Shown piece after piece: positions 29,128 through 39,049 of a stretch of 64,000 bases of DNA (position 1 is its first letter; each line of letters starts with the position of its first letter). The notes beneath the pieces are model-generated. The model had not been told where the DNA came from. It saw only the letters and a list, made by a program, of their open reading frames with translations, and ran no database searches. The translations under genes and the position numbers were made by a program. This stretch comes from an uncultured Elusimicrobiales bacterium (lineage in GTDB: Bacteria > Elusimicrobiota > Elusimicrobia > Elusimicrobiales > Elusimicrobiaceae). The DNA lies in assembly GCA_944324115.1 (NCBI GenBank), contig CALUVB010000010.1, positions 11,002 through 75,001 of the forward strand, read 5' to 3'.

Positions 29128-31200
29128 ATGAATAAATTCTATCTGACGTTGTTGCTCGCGTTTTCTTTAGCTCCGGCCGCATGGTGTGAGGAGCCGGACA
29201 TTATTTATGTAGATGGGAAACCCATCTACATCAAAGGGTTAGAACCTGCTGGACAACAAGAGCGCAAAACCCGGGAAGAAATGATACAAGCCGAGGCTGC
29301 GCGTTCCAATATCCCCGGAGATATTTATCGGGGCACAGTACTGGGAACACAAACGCCCACCAACACAGGTGAAGTATTTGGCAGCAAACAAGCCACTTAT
29401 CGTGGCAATGTCTTAGGACAAAAACAAGCCAACCAACAAGTACAAGGAGATATTTACCGGGGCGAAGTATTCGGCGCCCAGCAAAAAAAATACCAAGGAG
29501 ATACCTTAGGTGCGCGTGAATTGGCAAAGACCAAATATGTTTACGACACATCTCTAGTTCGCGCCATCAAAACTTCAGATGCAGACCGGGTGCGTACGTT
29601 GATTTATGCCAATGTAGATGTCAATGAGCGCAACTACGCCGGCATTACCCCGCTGACAATAGCTGCCGAAAAGGGGAATATGGATATTATTAAATTGTTG
29701 GTGGAAGAAGGTGCCGCTTCTGTCAATCTCACCTCCAGCTATGGGGTTACCCCGCTGATTGCCGCCGCTGCCGCCGGTAATCGCGAAGCGGTAGATTATT
29801 TGCTCTCCAATGGAGCCGACGCCACCGCGAAAGACGACTTAGGCAAGACCGCTTTGCTGCATGCCATGTCCTCCGACGACCGCCGCCTGACAGAAACACT
29901 GCTTTCTTTAAACACCCGCGCATTGAATTTGCCGGATAATATGGGAAACACCCCGCTTATTTATGCAGCGCAAAACGGCAGTGTGAACAATTTGCGTACG
30001 CTTTTAAAATATAAAGCGGACCCGGATTACCAAAATCCTGCCACCGGTTTCTCTGCGTTAAGCGCCGCTGCTGCGGCTGGTCAAGAGAAAGCAGCCCAAG
30101 TATTAGTCAGCAGCGGAGCCAACGTCAACCTGCAAGATAAAGAAGGCCGAACCGCTTTATTCTATGCCGCCGCAAACGGACAGACCGCGTTAATCCGCCA
30201 ATTGCTTCGCATGGGAGCTGACATAAATGCCACTGATGTCGCAGGCAAAAATGTATTTATTGCCGCGGCAGAAGGCCAAAGCATTCCTTCTATGGAGCTG
30301 CTTGCCAGAGAAAACTTCTCTCTCAATTCAGCCGACAAACAGGGCAAAACAGCACTCATGTATACCACCGCCAAAGGAACTGACGCTTTACAATGGCTGA
30401 TGGATCAAGGCGCGGACTTAAACTTACAGGACAACAACGGCAATACCGCATTGATGTATGCAATAAAAAATATGAATGAAAAAGCCGCTTTGTCCCTGTT
30501 AAAAAACGATGTAGATTTAACCGCCACCAACAAAGAAGGCAAAGACGCTTTTGCTTTAGCGGCAGACTTAATGCCCAATTCGCCGGTTTCCACTGTTTTG
30601 CAAGTCAAGAAACATACCGTCTTGCAAGATCAACTGAAAGCCCGCGCCGCCGCTCAAGCATTGGCCAATGAGGAACAAGCCCAGATGCGAGCACAGGCCG
30701 CCGCTTTGGCTGAAGAAAAATTGGCCGAGGTACAGGCACTCCAAGCTCAGTTAGCAGAAGAAGAAGCTGTCGTAAGACAACTGCAAGATGAAGAATTGGC
30801 CCAAAAACGGGAAGCCTTGCGTGCGGAAATAGAACAAGAAATGATACAGCAGGACAGCGAACTGGCCACATTGCAAAAACGTTTAGATGAAGCGAAAGCC
30901 CAGCGGGAAGCTGAAATCCAGGCTCAGATAGATGCACGCCTGCAGCAAATGGAAGGCACCGCTTCTTCTTACGTAGAGCAGATTAACAGCCAAGTTGACG
31001 GTGTTACCGAAAAATATGTATCCGAACCTATCAATAAAGCGAACCAAAAAATAGATGAAGCCTTTGATAAGGTGGAAAGTGCCAAAGAGGAACATATTAC
31101 AAAACCCATCAATAAAGCAAACAAAAAAGTAGATGAAGCGTTTGAAAAAGTGGAAAAAACAAAAAAACAGCTAACGCTGCCTTCTGTCTTAAATGACTAA
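29128..31200 (+). CDS. Secreted ankyrin-repeat protein with C-terminal coiled coil
   Basis: Signal peptide MNKFYLTLLLAFSLAPAAWC; about 10-11 GxTPL/GxTAL ankyrin repeats; RBS ggagg; TATAAT at 29103. Confidence 0.92.
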   Translation: MNKFYLTLLLAFSLAPAAWCEEPDIIYVDGKPIYIKGLEPAGQQERKTREEMIQAEAARSNIPGDIYRGTVLGTQTPTNTGEVFGSKQATYRGNVLGQKQANQQVQGDIYRGEVFGAQQKKYQGDTLGARELAKTKYVYDTSLVRAIKTSDADRVRTLIYANVDVNERNYAGITPLTIAAEKGNMDIIKLLVEEGAASVNLTSSYGVTPLIAAAAAGNREAVDYLLSNGADATAKDDLGKTALLHAMSSDDRRLTETLLSLNTRALNLPDNMGNTPLIYAAQNGSVNNLRTLLKYKADPDYQNPATGFSALSAAAAAGQEKAAQVLVSSGANVNLQDKEGRTALFYAAANGQTALIRQLLRMGADINATDVAGKNVFIAAAEGQSIPSMELLARENFSLNSADKQGKTALMYTTAKGTDALQWLMDQGADLNLQDNNGNTALMYAIKNMNEKAALSLLKNDVDLTATNKEGKDAFALAADLMPNSPVSTVLQVKKHTVLQDQLKARAAAQALANEEQAQMRAQAAALAEEKLAEVQALQAQLAEEEAVVRQLQDEELAQKREALRAEIEQEMIQQDSELATLQKRLDEAKAQREAEIQAQIDARLQQMEGTASSYVEQINSQVDGVTEKYVSEPINKANQKIDEAFDKVESAKEEHITKPINKANKKVDEAFEKVEKTKKQLTLPSVLND

Positions 31201-31204
31201 ACAA

Positions 31205-31240
31205 TATAAAACACCCCGCCGTTTGGCGGGGTGTTTTATA
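31205..31240. terminator. Bidirectional terminator
   Basis: 16-bp stem TATAAAACACCCCGCC-gttt-GGCGGGGTGTTTTATA between convergent genes. Confidence 0.85.
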
Positions 31241-31285
31241 CTTCAACAATTTCCTATTGGCGGGGAATATATATTAGCATAAATA

Positions 31286-32749
31286 TTATTTTCTCAGTTT
31301 ACACCAGTTTAAAAAATTATGCCATTGTTCGTATAAACTCTCCGCTTCTTCCGCATCTATAGACGCCACCACGGGAGGAAGCAGGCGCATAGTTTCCCAC
31401 TGGGAAACATCTATCTCCGCCCCTTGAGCCGCCAACAAAGCTGCTCCGACTGCTGTACTTTCGGACTCGGCGCAGGGCAAAAGCCGCGTCTGCAATATGT
31501 CAGCCTGGGCACGCAATAAAGAACGACACTTTGACAGGCCGCCCGTTACTTTTATTTCGCCGCTTTTTACACCGAAACGCTCCGCATAAAATACGATATC
31601 CGCCAGCAAACACGCCATCGCCCGCACAGCTCCGGCGGCTACGTCGGCTTTGCGAGTGCGGGGAGAAAGCCCCGCCAATACCGGCGAGGCGGAAAAATCC
31701 CAATAAGGAGCCCCCAGACCGCCTAATGCCGGCAAAAACCATACGGGTTCGGAGGCATTTTCACACAAAGAGTCCAATTCATCGGTAGAAAAAGAAAAAC
31801 CGATTTCACTCAACCAAGCAAACGCCGTACCGCAGGCATTTACCGGCCCTTCCAACAAAAACTCGCAGCCGCCGCCATTGGGCGACGCCCCCACCGACGT
31901 AAGCAACCCGGGCAGCAAGTGCCGCTGCGTACCGGTATTGCGCATAAAAAAGGCCCCCGTACCGTAATTGATGCAAGATCCTCCCGCCACTACACGCAAT
32001 GCACACAAAGCTGCCTGTTGATCTCCCACACAGACTCTCACAGGCAAATGTACTTCTTCATGTTCAAATAAGCCATAATCGTCTGCTGTCCGCTTAATTT
32101 GAGGCAGCCAAGCGCGCTCAATGCCAAAGGCGTCTAAAAGCTGATTATCCCAATTTAACGTGGCGATATTTAAGAGCAACATTCGCTGGGCCAAGGTCGG
32201 ATCGCAGGCAAACGTTTTTCCTCCTGTCAAATGCCAAATGATATAAGAAGCCACCGGCCCCACACATAAGCGGCCGTCTCGTGCGGCCTGTGTCGCCTCA
32301 GGAACTTGTTTTACTGTCCATGCAATTTTAGCTGCAGAGTAATAGGGAGTTTTATATAACCCCGTCAACTGATGTACCGTCTCTTGCGGCAATTCAGCTG
32401 CTTCTGCTTCCGCCGCCGCACGCCCATCTTGCCAGCTTAAAGCCGGCGCCACCGGACGCCCGGTTAACCGATCCCAAAATACCACTGTGGAACGCTGGCT
32501 GGCCACGGCAATAGCACAAACGTTTGCCGGACCTACTTGGGAAAGCACCGCAAACAAGGCATCTAATTGTCCGGTTAACAATTCCCAAGCGTCATATTCA
32601 GCCTTAACCGTGGCGGCTTGATCCGTTTCTTTGCGGCAGGTCTCTGCCGCACGCGTGGCGCGGGCGGCCACTTGTCCCTGTTCATTTATGGCCAATGCGC
32701 GGGAAGCAGAGCTGCCCTGGTCCAAAGCAATAATAAATTTATTGTTCAT
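31286..32749 (-). CDS. glpK: FGGY carbohydrate kinase, glycerol kinase-like
   Basis: ALDQGSSASRA, SQRST, WQD, GDQQAAL, YGTGAF, GLGAPYWD motifs. Divergent, so the substrate is not certain. Confidence 0.75.
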   Translation of the reverse strand: MNNKFIIALDQGSSASRALAINEQGQVAARATRAAETCRKETDQAATVKAEYDAWELLTGQLDALFAVLSQVGPANVCAIAVASQRSTVVFWDRLTGRPVAPALSWQDGRAAAEAEAAELPQETVHQLTGLYKTPYYSAAKIAWTVKQVPEATQAARDGRLCVGPVASYIIWHLTGGKTFACDPTLAQRMLLLNIATLNWDNQLLDAFGIERAWLPQIKRTADDYGLFEHEEVHLPVRVCVGDQQAALCALRVVAGGSCINYGTGAFFMRNTGTQRHLLPGLLTSVGASPNGGGCEFLLEGPVNACGTAFAWLSEIGFSFSTDELDSLCENASEPVWFLPALGGLGAPYWDFSASPVLAGLSPRTRKADVAAGAVRAMACLLADIVFYAERFGVKSGEIKVTGGLSKCRSLLRAQADILQTRLLPCAESESTAVGAALLAAQGAEIDVSQWETMRLLPPVVASIDAEEAESLYEQWHNFLNWCKLRK

Positions 32750-34664
32750 TTTTATACCATGTATTATTTTTTAACAATGTATATGCGGCTTTGTCCAAAG
32801 AAAGCAATATTTCTTCGGCCTTTTTGGAGTCAAAGCTGTCAGATAATTTTTCTTCCGACAGAATTTCTTTCCGGCTGTGCCGTATAGCGCCGTCTTGCAT
32901 GATAAGGCCGATATTTACCCCTTCCGAAACCAAGGCCACCCGCTGTTGCACATTCCGGTCGTCTAACATATCCCGCCCCAACGCAGTATAAGGCATATTT
33001 AAACCTGCCAAATTATACATAGTAGGCAGCAAATCCAATTGGGAAACCACATAATGCACACTGCGCGGTTTTAACAGGTTAGGCGCATACAGAACCAACG
33101 GAATACGGAACTTAGTATATAAAGAATCCGAATCCGGCCCGCCGGAATTATGATCGGCCACGAAAACAAACACCGTACGGTCAAACCAACCTTCTTCTTT
33201 TGCCTTTTTTAAAAGCTCCCCAATAGACCAATCCGCAAAATACAGGGCGTTTTTAAATCCGTCGTCCCAGGTGTCGCCTTTATATTTCTCAAATTGTTCC
33301 AGTGTGCGGCCAAAAGGCGCCTGCGTACTGCCCGTGTATACCAATCCCATAAAATTACGCGGCTGGCTCCGGCGGGCTAATCCGGCAGCAAAAAGCAGGC
33401 TGTCATAATCGTAACCCAGCGTTGCACCGTCTATATAATCCAGCAGCTCTTTTCTGTCTTCTTTGCCATAAATGTTTTGCGCACCCAAATAAGAAGCCAA
33501 TGTACCCAAATGATATAAATCCCGGCGGGAAGTTTGCACAAAGAAGCTGTCCCACCCCACTTCCGCCAAGGCAGCAGGAAAACGGAAAAAATTGGTCAGC
33601 TCCAATCCTCCACCCAACATAGGCAGCCCCGGCAACAACGGAACGCCGGCCAAAACCGCCGCAAATCCAGACGCACTGGGCATACCCACCGCATAGGCAT
33701 TGGTAAAGTTGACCCCGTCTTTCACTATTTGGTCAAACACTGGCGTAACGCCAAAATGATTGCCGGACAGAGAATCCACATAATAGGGATGCCAGCCTTT
33801 CAGCAGGACAATAAAGAAATTAATGTCTTGAGACGGGCGGGGGGAAATCGGTTGGCGCATTAAGGGGTAATGCTCGTCTGGCACCGTTTCCTGCGGGGAA
33901 ATAAGCAGTTGCTGTGCATAGGCAATCGCTTTATCGGCCGGATAATCACTGGGGATATCCACCACCCCTTTGCGGCTGACCTGATAGGCGGTAAAAACGC
34001 CGTTTAATGTCAAGGCGGCTGCTGCTGCGGAAGAAGAATAACGGTAAACGTCGGCAATACCCAATGGCTTGCCAAACCCCAAATGGCCGCGCACACCCAA
34101 CACAATAAATAGTACGCACACCACCAGTTTAATCAATTCTCCTTTGGCGTAATATGGGTCAAAAATATAGCGGTATTTGAAAATCTTATGGACAAATATT
34201 CCGGCTATGACCAACAAGACAAACAAAAGCAGTAAGGGAAACAGCATTTTGGTAAACATACAGGATAAAATAACACCCCAATGGGTGGAGAGCTGCAGGA
34301 TTTCTTCCGCAATATGCCGTTTTACATAAGGAAAATAAATCAAATCCGCCAAGAGAAAACTTGCCATGGCTATCAGCTCAAAGACCATCACCAAAACGCA
34401 GGTTTTAACGTAACGCACCGAATTGACGGGCAAATTAAACAACAAAATAACCGGACCTAAAAATAGGGCTATTACAGCCAAATCAAAGCGCATACCGTTC
34501 AGAAACGCCCGCACCACTTCTCCTGCTCCCAAAGAGGCAAACGCCGCATGATGAAACAGGAACAGCGCCAGCCTAAATGCCGAAAACATCAACATAGCCA
34601 GCAACACGATGGATACAGAAAGCTTAACACGGAAATCACTTCTTTTTGGTTTTTTAATCCACAT
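32739..34664 (-). CDS. LTA synthase/phosphoglycerol transferase family membrane protein (degenerate metal site)
   Basis: 5 N-terminal TM helices (GMRFDL), sulfatase-like domain, ADH, RIPLVLY, SQLDLLPT. Confidence 0.88.
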   Translation of the reverse strand: MWIKKPKRSDFRVKLSVSIVLLAMLMFSAFRLALFLFHHAAFASLGAGEVVRAFLNGMRFDLAVIALFLGPVILLFNLPVNSVRYVKTCVLVMVFELIAMASFLLADLIYFPYVKRHIAEEILQLSTHWGVILSCMFTKMLFPLLLLFVLLVIAGIFVHKIFKYRYIFDPYYAKGELIKLVVCVLFIVLGVRGHLGFGKPLGIADVYRYSSSAAAAALTLNGVFTAYQVSRKGVVDIPSDYPADKAIAYAQQLLISPQETVPDEHYPLMRQPISPRPSQDINFFIVLLKGWHPYYVDSLSGNHFGVTPVFDQIVKDGVNFTNAYAVGMPSASGFAAVLAGVPLLPGLPMLGGGLELTNFFRFPAALAEVGWDSFFVQTSRRDLYHLGTLASYLGAQNIYGKEDRKELLDYIDGATLGYDYDSLLFAAGLARRSQPRNFMGLVYTGSTQAPFGRTLEQFEKYKGDTWDDGFKNALYFADWSIGELLKKAKEEGWFDRTVFVFVADHNSGGPDSDSLYTKFRIPLVLYAPNLLKPRSVHYVVSQLDLLPTMYNLAGLNMPYTALGRDMLDDRNVQQRVALVSEGVNIGLIMQDGAIRHSRKEILSEEKLSDSFDSKKAEEILLSLDKAAYTLLKNNTWYKNEQ

Positions 34665-35923
34665 TATTCTGCCTCGGTAATTTCTAAATCTGTTTGCTGC
34701 GTCTTAGAAAGCAAAGCTTCCAGCTTTGCTTTTGCTTCCGCCGATGTGGAGTCATCGCTAAGCAAAGCGGCTATACTGCTTTGAGTAGGTACCAGCGTTT
34801 TAGCCAACAAATGCAACTCCCGCAGGGTATCTATCGTCTTTTGTTTATCCGGAAACTCCAGCTTTTGCGTTTGCACCAATTCCGCCCGGAATTTTGTACC
34901 GAAATGACGTTTATATCCCAACTTCTCCATTAAAGCCATAATTTCCTGCCGCAAACGGCGTTGCTCATGGGTAATTTCACCCAAGCGGTCTATTTTTTCC
35001 GTCAATATTTCCGTTTCTGTTTTAGGAGACGGCGCAGCTGCGGACTGCTGCAGCGCAGCAGGAACCTCCGAACGGGAATCAAAAGGGTTGTGCGTCGGAG
35101 GAGGCACGTCTGGAATTTTAGCGCCCCAACCGCTGGGGCCGTCATACTCTTTGCCCGTAAAAACAGGACAAATATTGTGATAATCGCACCAACGGCATTT
35201 ATTTTCTTCGGGCGCGGGGGTAAATTGCCCGGCGCGGATTTGATCCGCCACGCCCAACACTTTCTGCCAAAACGCATACATTTCTTTATCACTTACGCGC
35301 TCAAAAGACAGCTCCTGCAAAGAAGGCAAGTGATAAAAACTTAAGGTTTCCACTTGAACTTGTTTAATCTTAGGATCTAGTTTCTTTACTAAATTCAACA
35401 CGGCAGGGCTGCTTTCGGCCACTTTCTGATACATCATCAGCTGGTCCGGCTCCCGCTGCACGGTTTTGCCTGTTTTGTAATCCAAAATTTTAATACGGCC
35501 GTCACCCAAATAATCAATACGGTCCAAGATGCTAGTTAAACTTAAGCCGTCTAATTCCATGGTGCTTTTCATCTCTACCGACAGCGGGTGCACAAGCGCT
35601 GCGCCATATTTATCATAATAAGCGGAAATAATGCGCCGGCCTTCCTCATAGCCCAAGGCTTCCTTTTCTGCGCTGGCATAGCCTTTTTGCTCAAAGGTGG
35701 TACTGTTCCAATGGGTTTGAAAAAACGAAAGGGCCTCCGCCAACGTAGGAAAAGCGGGATTTTCCGGATTATAAATATATTCCATTACCTCATGCAACGC
35801 CGTACCGAAAGCAAAATAATATTTTGGCAATTCAGGCAGCATATGAACATAGCGGAATTTATATTTTTGCGGGCATTCTTTATACATGCCCATTTTAGAA
35901 TAAGAAAAAGAAAGTTTTTTCAC
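34664..35923 (-). CDS. PD-(D/E)XK RecB-family nuclease with Fe-S staple cysteines and C-terminal extension
   Basis: SYSKMGMYKECPQKY, FGTALH, ILDRID, ILDYKTG, QLMMY, CRWCDYHNIC. Start placed at GTG 35923 (RBS agagg). Confidence 0.88.
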   Translation of the reverse strand: MKKLSFSYSKMGMYKECPQKYKFRYVHMLPELPKYYFAFGTALHEVMEYIYNPENPAFPTLAEALSFFQTHWNSTTFEQKGYASAEKEALGYEEGRRIISAYYDKYGAALVHPLSVEMKSTMELDGLSLTSILDRIDYLGDGRIKILDYKTGKTVQREPDQLMMYQKVAESSPAVLNLVKKLDPKIKQVQVETLSFYHLPSLQELSFERVSDKEMYAFWQKVLGVADQIRAGQFTPAPEENKCRWCDYHNICPVFTGKEYDGPSGWGAKIPDVPPPTHNPFDSRSEVPAALQQSAAAPSPKTETEILTEKIDRLGEITHEQRRLRQEIMALMEKLGYKRHFGTKFRAELVQTQKLEFPDKQKTIDTLRELHLLAKTLVPTQSSIAALLSDDSTSAEAKAKLEALLSKTQQTDLEITEAE

Positions 35924-36492
35924 GCAAAGACCTCTATATACACAGTTAGCTTTATTGTAGCATTTTGCAATAAGAAAAAAGCCATCAATCCCTACGTACG
36001 CGCGCAAAAGGGGGCCTGCCCGGCAACAGAGCGCCTTCCGCTCTGCATATGTCCGGCGAGCAGACCGCTTATGCCATTCCAAAAGCCAGCTACAATAAAG
36101 AAAATTATTTTTCCGTATCCGTACCCCAATCAGACCCTTTTTGAAAGCGCCCGGCGCCACCTTACGAACTAGACCAAAAACAACAAGTGGAAAATTTGGA
36201 GCAAATCCAAAATCTGATTCTTAAAAAATTAAAACTGTCTAAAGATTTAGAAAGAAAAGCAGGCCTTAAAAGCATGAGGCAAAACCTTCAACTCTATTAA
36301 GAAAGGAGCACATAAAGAGGGAAGCGGAATTTGGAAAATTACGGACAACACGCCGCGCCTGGAAGGCCCAAAGAGGGCTGCCGGCCAAAAGGCCGCAGCA
36401 TTGTTTTAAGTGAAGGAAAATGGATAAAAAGGGCTAAACGGCATGTCGCCATTTAGCCCGCTGAATCAAATAATCTCTTAGTAACCCGGGAG

Positions 36493-38505
36493 TCAGCGCG
36501 TTGTGCTCGTCAAATCTGTTCCATGCAAAATGCGCCAAGCCGCCACCGTCTGCACATCTTGCAGGGTCTGATGCAGCTGCCGCAACTGCTGCGCTGAGGG
36601 GGATTCTGAAGCATCGGGCAATAATTCATATTGGTCAGAGGAAAGCTCTCCCAATGCGGCCGCATTTTCCCAGTAATAAGCATGCAAAGCCAGCTTTTGG
36701 TCTTTAAGCAGGCTGCGGCCCAAGGCGTAATACGTCTCTCCGGCAGGCAACACAAGCTCCATCACCGTAGCGGCAATATCCATATGGCTCCCGGCGCCAT
36801 CGGCTGGCAAAGCCGTTTGCTTAAGACCTTTGCCTAACAAGACCAAAGGAACGGAAAGCCGCTCATACAAAGAAGGGTTGGCCTGCAAAGTCCAGCGGTC
36901 GGCGTGGTCGCCGGTAATGACAAAGAGGCTGTCGGGATATTTTTCATACATTTCCGACACAAATTCCGCCAAATAATTATCTGCATATTGGAAATGTTGC
37001 AACCGGTCTATAAGCAAATCTTTATCCGCCGTCTCCGGAGGCACAAAACGCGCCATCTCATCACGGCCAGCCACCTGCGGCTCCTGTTCCATATCCACCA
37101 CCAACGGGCTGTGGTTGGAGCTGGTTAGAATCAAGTTAAAAGAAGGTTCCGGCGTAATATGCTGTGCTACCGCGCGCAAGAAAAGCTTATCTTCCACACC
37201 CCACACGCCGCCTTGACCGCCAAAATCCGCATAGTAGAAGCTTTCATCTATTTGCTGATTGTTCATAAAAACGCCCACATTCTCCCACGACGGAAACCCA
37301 CCGTAAAAGAAACGCGTTTTATATCCCAATTTGCGCAGTTGCACAGACAGAGCCGTTTCATAAGGCTCTTGGGCCGTAGGCCGGTTGGCGGTCAGCAAAT
37401 TCACTTCCGGCAAACCTAATAAAATAGAAGTTAATCCGAACATAGTGCCATTGGAAGAAGGCAAAAAATGCGGCACAAACACGCTTTCCGGCCTCTGTAT
37501 CAAACCACGCAGACCTTGGGCAATGGGCAAATCCCGGTATTTTTCCAACAAAGGCCACAACATATATGTCTCGCCTACGATGACAAAAATATGACGGGGT
37601 TTTTGTTCCAACAAGCTGCCGCCGGATTTGCGTTCCAACAAGGCAAGCAAGGAGTCCTCATCATACGAGTCACGCCCCATGAGGCGGGCGGCAGCCGCGC
37701 GGACTGTTGTTTCATCTAAATCTTTGGAATAGGCGGCAAATTGCTTGTAAATGCGGCTGGCTTTATATAAAGCCTGTATATCATCTAAAATGGCTTCATT
37801 AAGCAAATGTTGGCTCATGCGGGCGGCATTTTTCCAATAAATGGAACCATTATATGTAAAACTGCCCCCTTTGCGAACAAATACGGCCGCCGGCACCAAC
37901 AATACGCAAATACACGCCACCACCACCCATTTGCGCCGCACAGCCAACAGCGGTTTAGCCAAAGGCACCGCCAATTTAAGCCACCAGCTAAATGCATATA
38001 TGCCCAGGCCCGCGCACAACAGCCCTCCCATCACCCGCCAAACCGCTTGATATTGCTGTACCGACGTTTTGACAATCGCCCACACGTCATCATGAAATGT
38101 ATTAAATACAAAAGGCCCAAACGCATTATTAAACTCATGGTAATATGGAATGCGGCTTTGGAAAAGCAAAGAAAGCCCTATTATACAAATACACGCCCAT
38201 ATAAAACGCAGCCGACGTGCCGCCCAACGCGGATAAATCTGCTGCAGCAGCGTACCTAAGACAAACGCCGGCAGAAATAAAGCCCCGGCGGTCTTTAAGC
38301 TAATACGCAAGCCATACCACATGGTCAACGCAATATCAGTTACAGACGTGTCCGGCAGCAACAGGCTGCGGAAATTAAATAAAAAAGCTGCCCGGTAAAC
38401 AGACAAAAGCAGCAACAAAAACAAAAAGAACAAAATATCTTCTGCAAAGTTAGAGATAAATTGCTGGTAGCGGCCTTGGGGGGGAAACAAATCATGGGAA
38501 GGCAT
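36493..38505 (-). CDS. LTA synthase family protein
   Basis: YGLRISLKT; metal and catalytic motifs GET, GT, SNHSP and GDH intact. Confidence 0.88.
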   Translation of the reverse strand: MPSHDLFPPQGRYQQFISNFAEDILFFLFLLLLLSVYRAAFLFNFRSLLLPDTSVTDIALTMWYGLRISLKTAGALFLPAFVLGTLLQQIYPRWAARRLRFIWACICIIGLSLLFQSRIPYYHEFNNAFGPFVFNTFHDDVWAIVKTSVQQYQAVWRVMGGLLCAGLGIYAFSWWLKLAVPLAKPLLAVRRKWVVVACICVLLVPAAVFVRKGGSFTYNGSIYWKNAARMSQHLLNEAILDDIQALYKASRIYKQFAAYSKDLDETTVRAAAARLMGRDSYDEDSLLALLERKSGGSLLEQKPRHIFVIVGETYMLWPLLEKYRDLPIAQGLRGLIQRPESVFVPHFLPSSNGTMFGLTSILLGLPEVNLLTANRPTAQEPYETALSVQLRKLGYKTRFFYGGFPSWENVGVFMNNQQIDESFYYADFGGQGGVWGVEDKLFLRAVAQHITPEPSFNLILTSSNHSPLVVDMEQEPQVAGRDEMARFVPPETADKDLLIDRLQHFQYADNYLAEFVSEMYEKYPDSLFVITGDHADRWTLQANPSLYERLSVPLVLLGKGLKQTALPADGAGSHMDIAATVMELVLPAGETYYALGRSLLKDQKLALHAYYWENAAALGELSSDQYELLPDASESPSAQQLRQLHQTLQDVQTVAAWRILHGTDLTSTTR

Positions 38506-38590
38506 AATATGGACACTCCCTGTATATCGGGTTTAGAACAAAGCGCCCGGACCAAATAGAGCAGGCGTTTGCTTTTTTCAGTTATAAAAA

Positions 38591-38662
38591 TACCCCCATA
38601 CAGAATCGAACTGTAATCCCCTGCTTAGAAGGCAGGTGCTCTATCCGTTGAGCTATGGGGGC
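38591..38662 (-). tRNA. tRNA-Arg (anticodon TCT)
   Basis: GCCCCCATAGCTCAACGGATAGAGCACCTGCCTTCTAAGCAGGGGATTACAGTTCGATTCTGTATGGGGGTA; anticodon arm CCTGC-CTTCTAA-GCAGG. CCA not encoded. Confidence 0.96.
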
Positions 38663-39049
38663 TATATAATACATTAGAAATGGTTTTGTATAACAACAGG
38701 GAAAATATCCTTTTCCGCCAAAAACCATTTATAATTATTATTGATATTTTAGCAAAATTGACGTTTAGTATCAATTTGTTTGTTTCACTAGCTGCCACAA
38801 AAGTTGCGCCCAAATCTGCACCAGATTTTATATGAAATTCAGTAGGAAAAGGGCAAGCAATCCCAGCAGGCATCGCAAGAGAAATTCCGCATTAACGCAT
38901 TAAGATAAAACCCCTCTTTAATACACCACAACAGTCCAAGGCCGTTGTGTGCAGAGGCAGAAGGCGCACCAGTTTGGGCATTAACAAACGGCGGACACAA
39001 TAAGCGGGTCTATTAAAAAGTCATTGACGCGGCGCAGACAGCCTCTGTC

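Noticed and set aside
34664-35923. Cas4 call for the nuclease
   Set aside because: The Fe-S staple is shared with AddB/RecB-type nucleases; it is much longer than Cas4 and has no CRISPR context.
35924-36160. 79-codon N-terminal extension of the nuclease in the ORF track
   Set aside because: Not protein-like; the family motif starts at VKKLSFSYS, and the GTG at 35923 has an RBS.
38520-38662. Island integrated at tRNA-Arg
   Set aside because: No duplicated tRNA 3' end, integrase or arm-like repeats seen.
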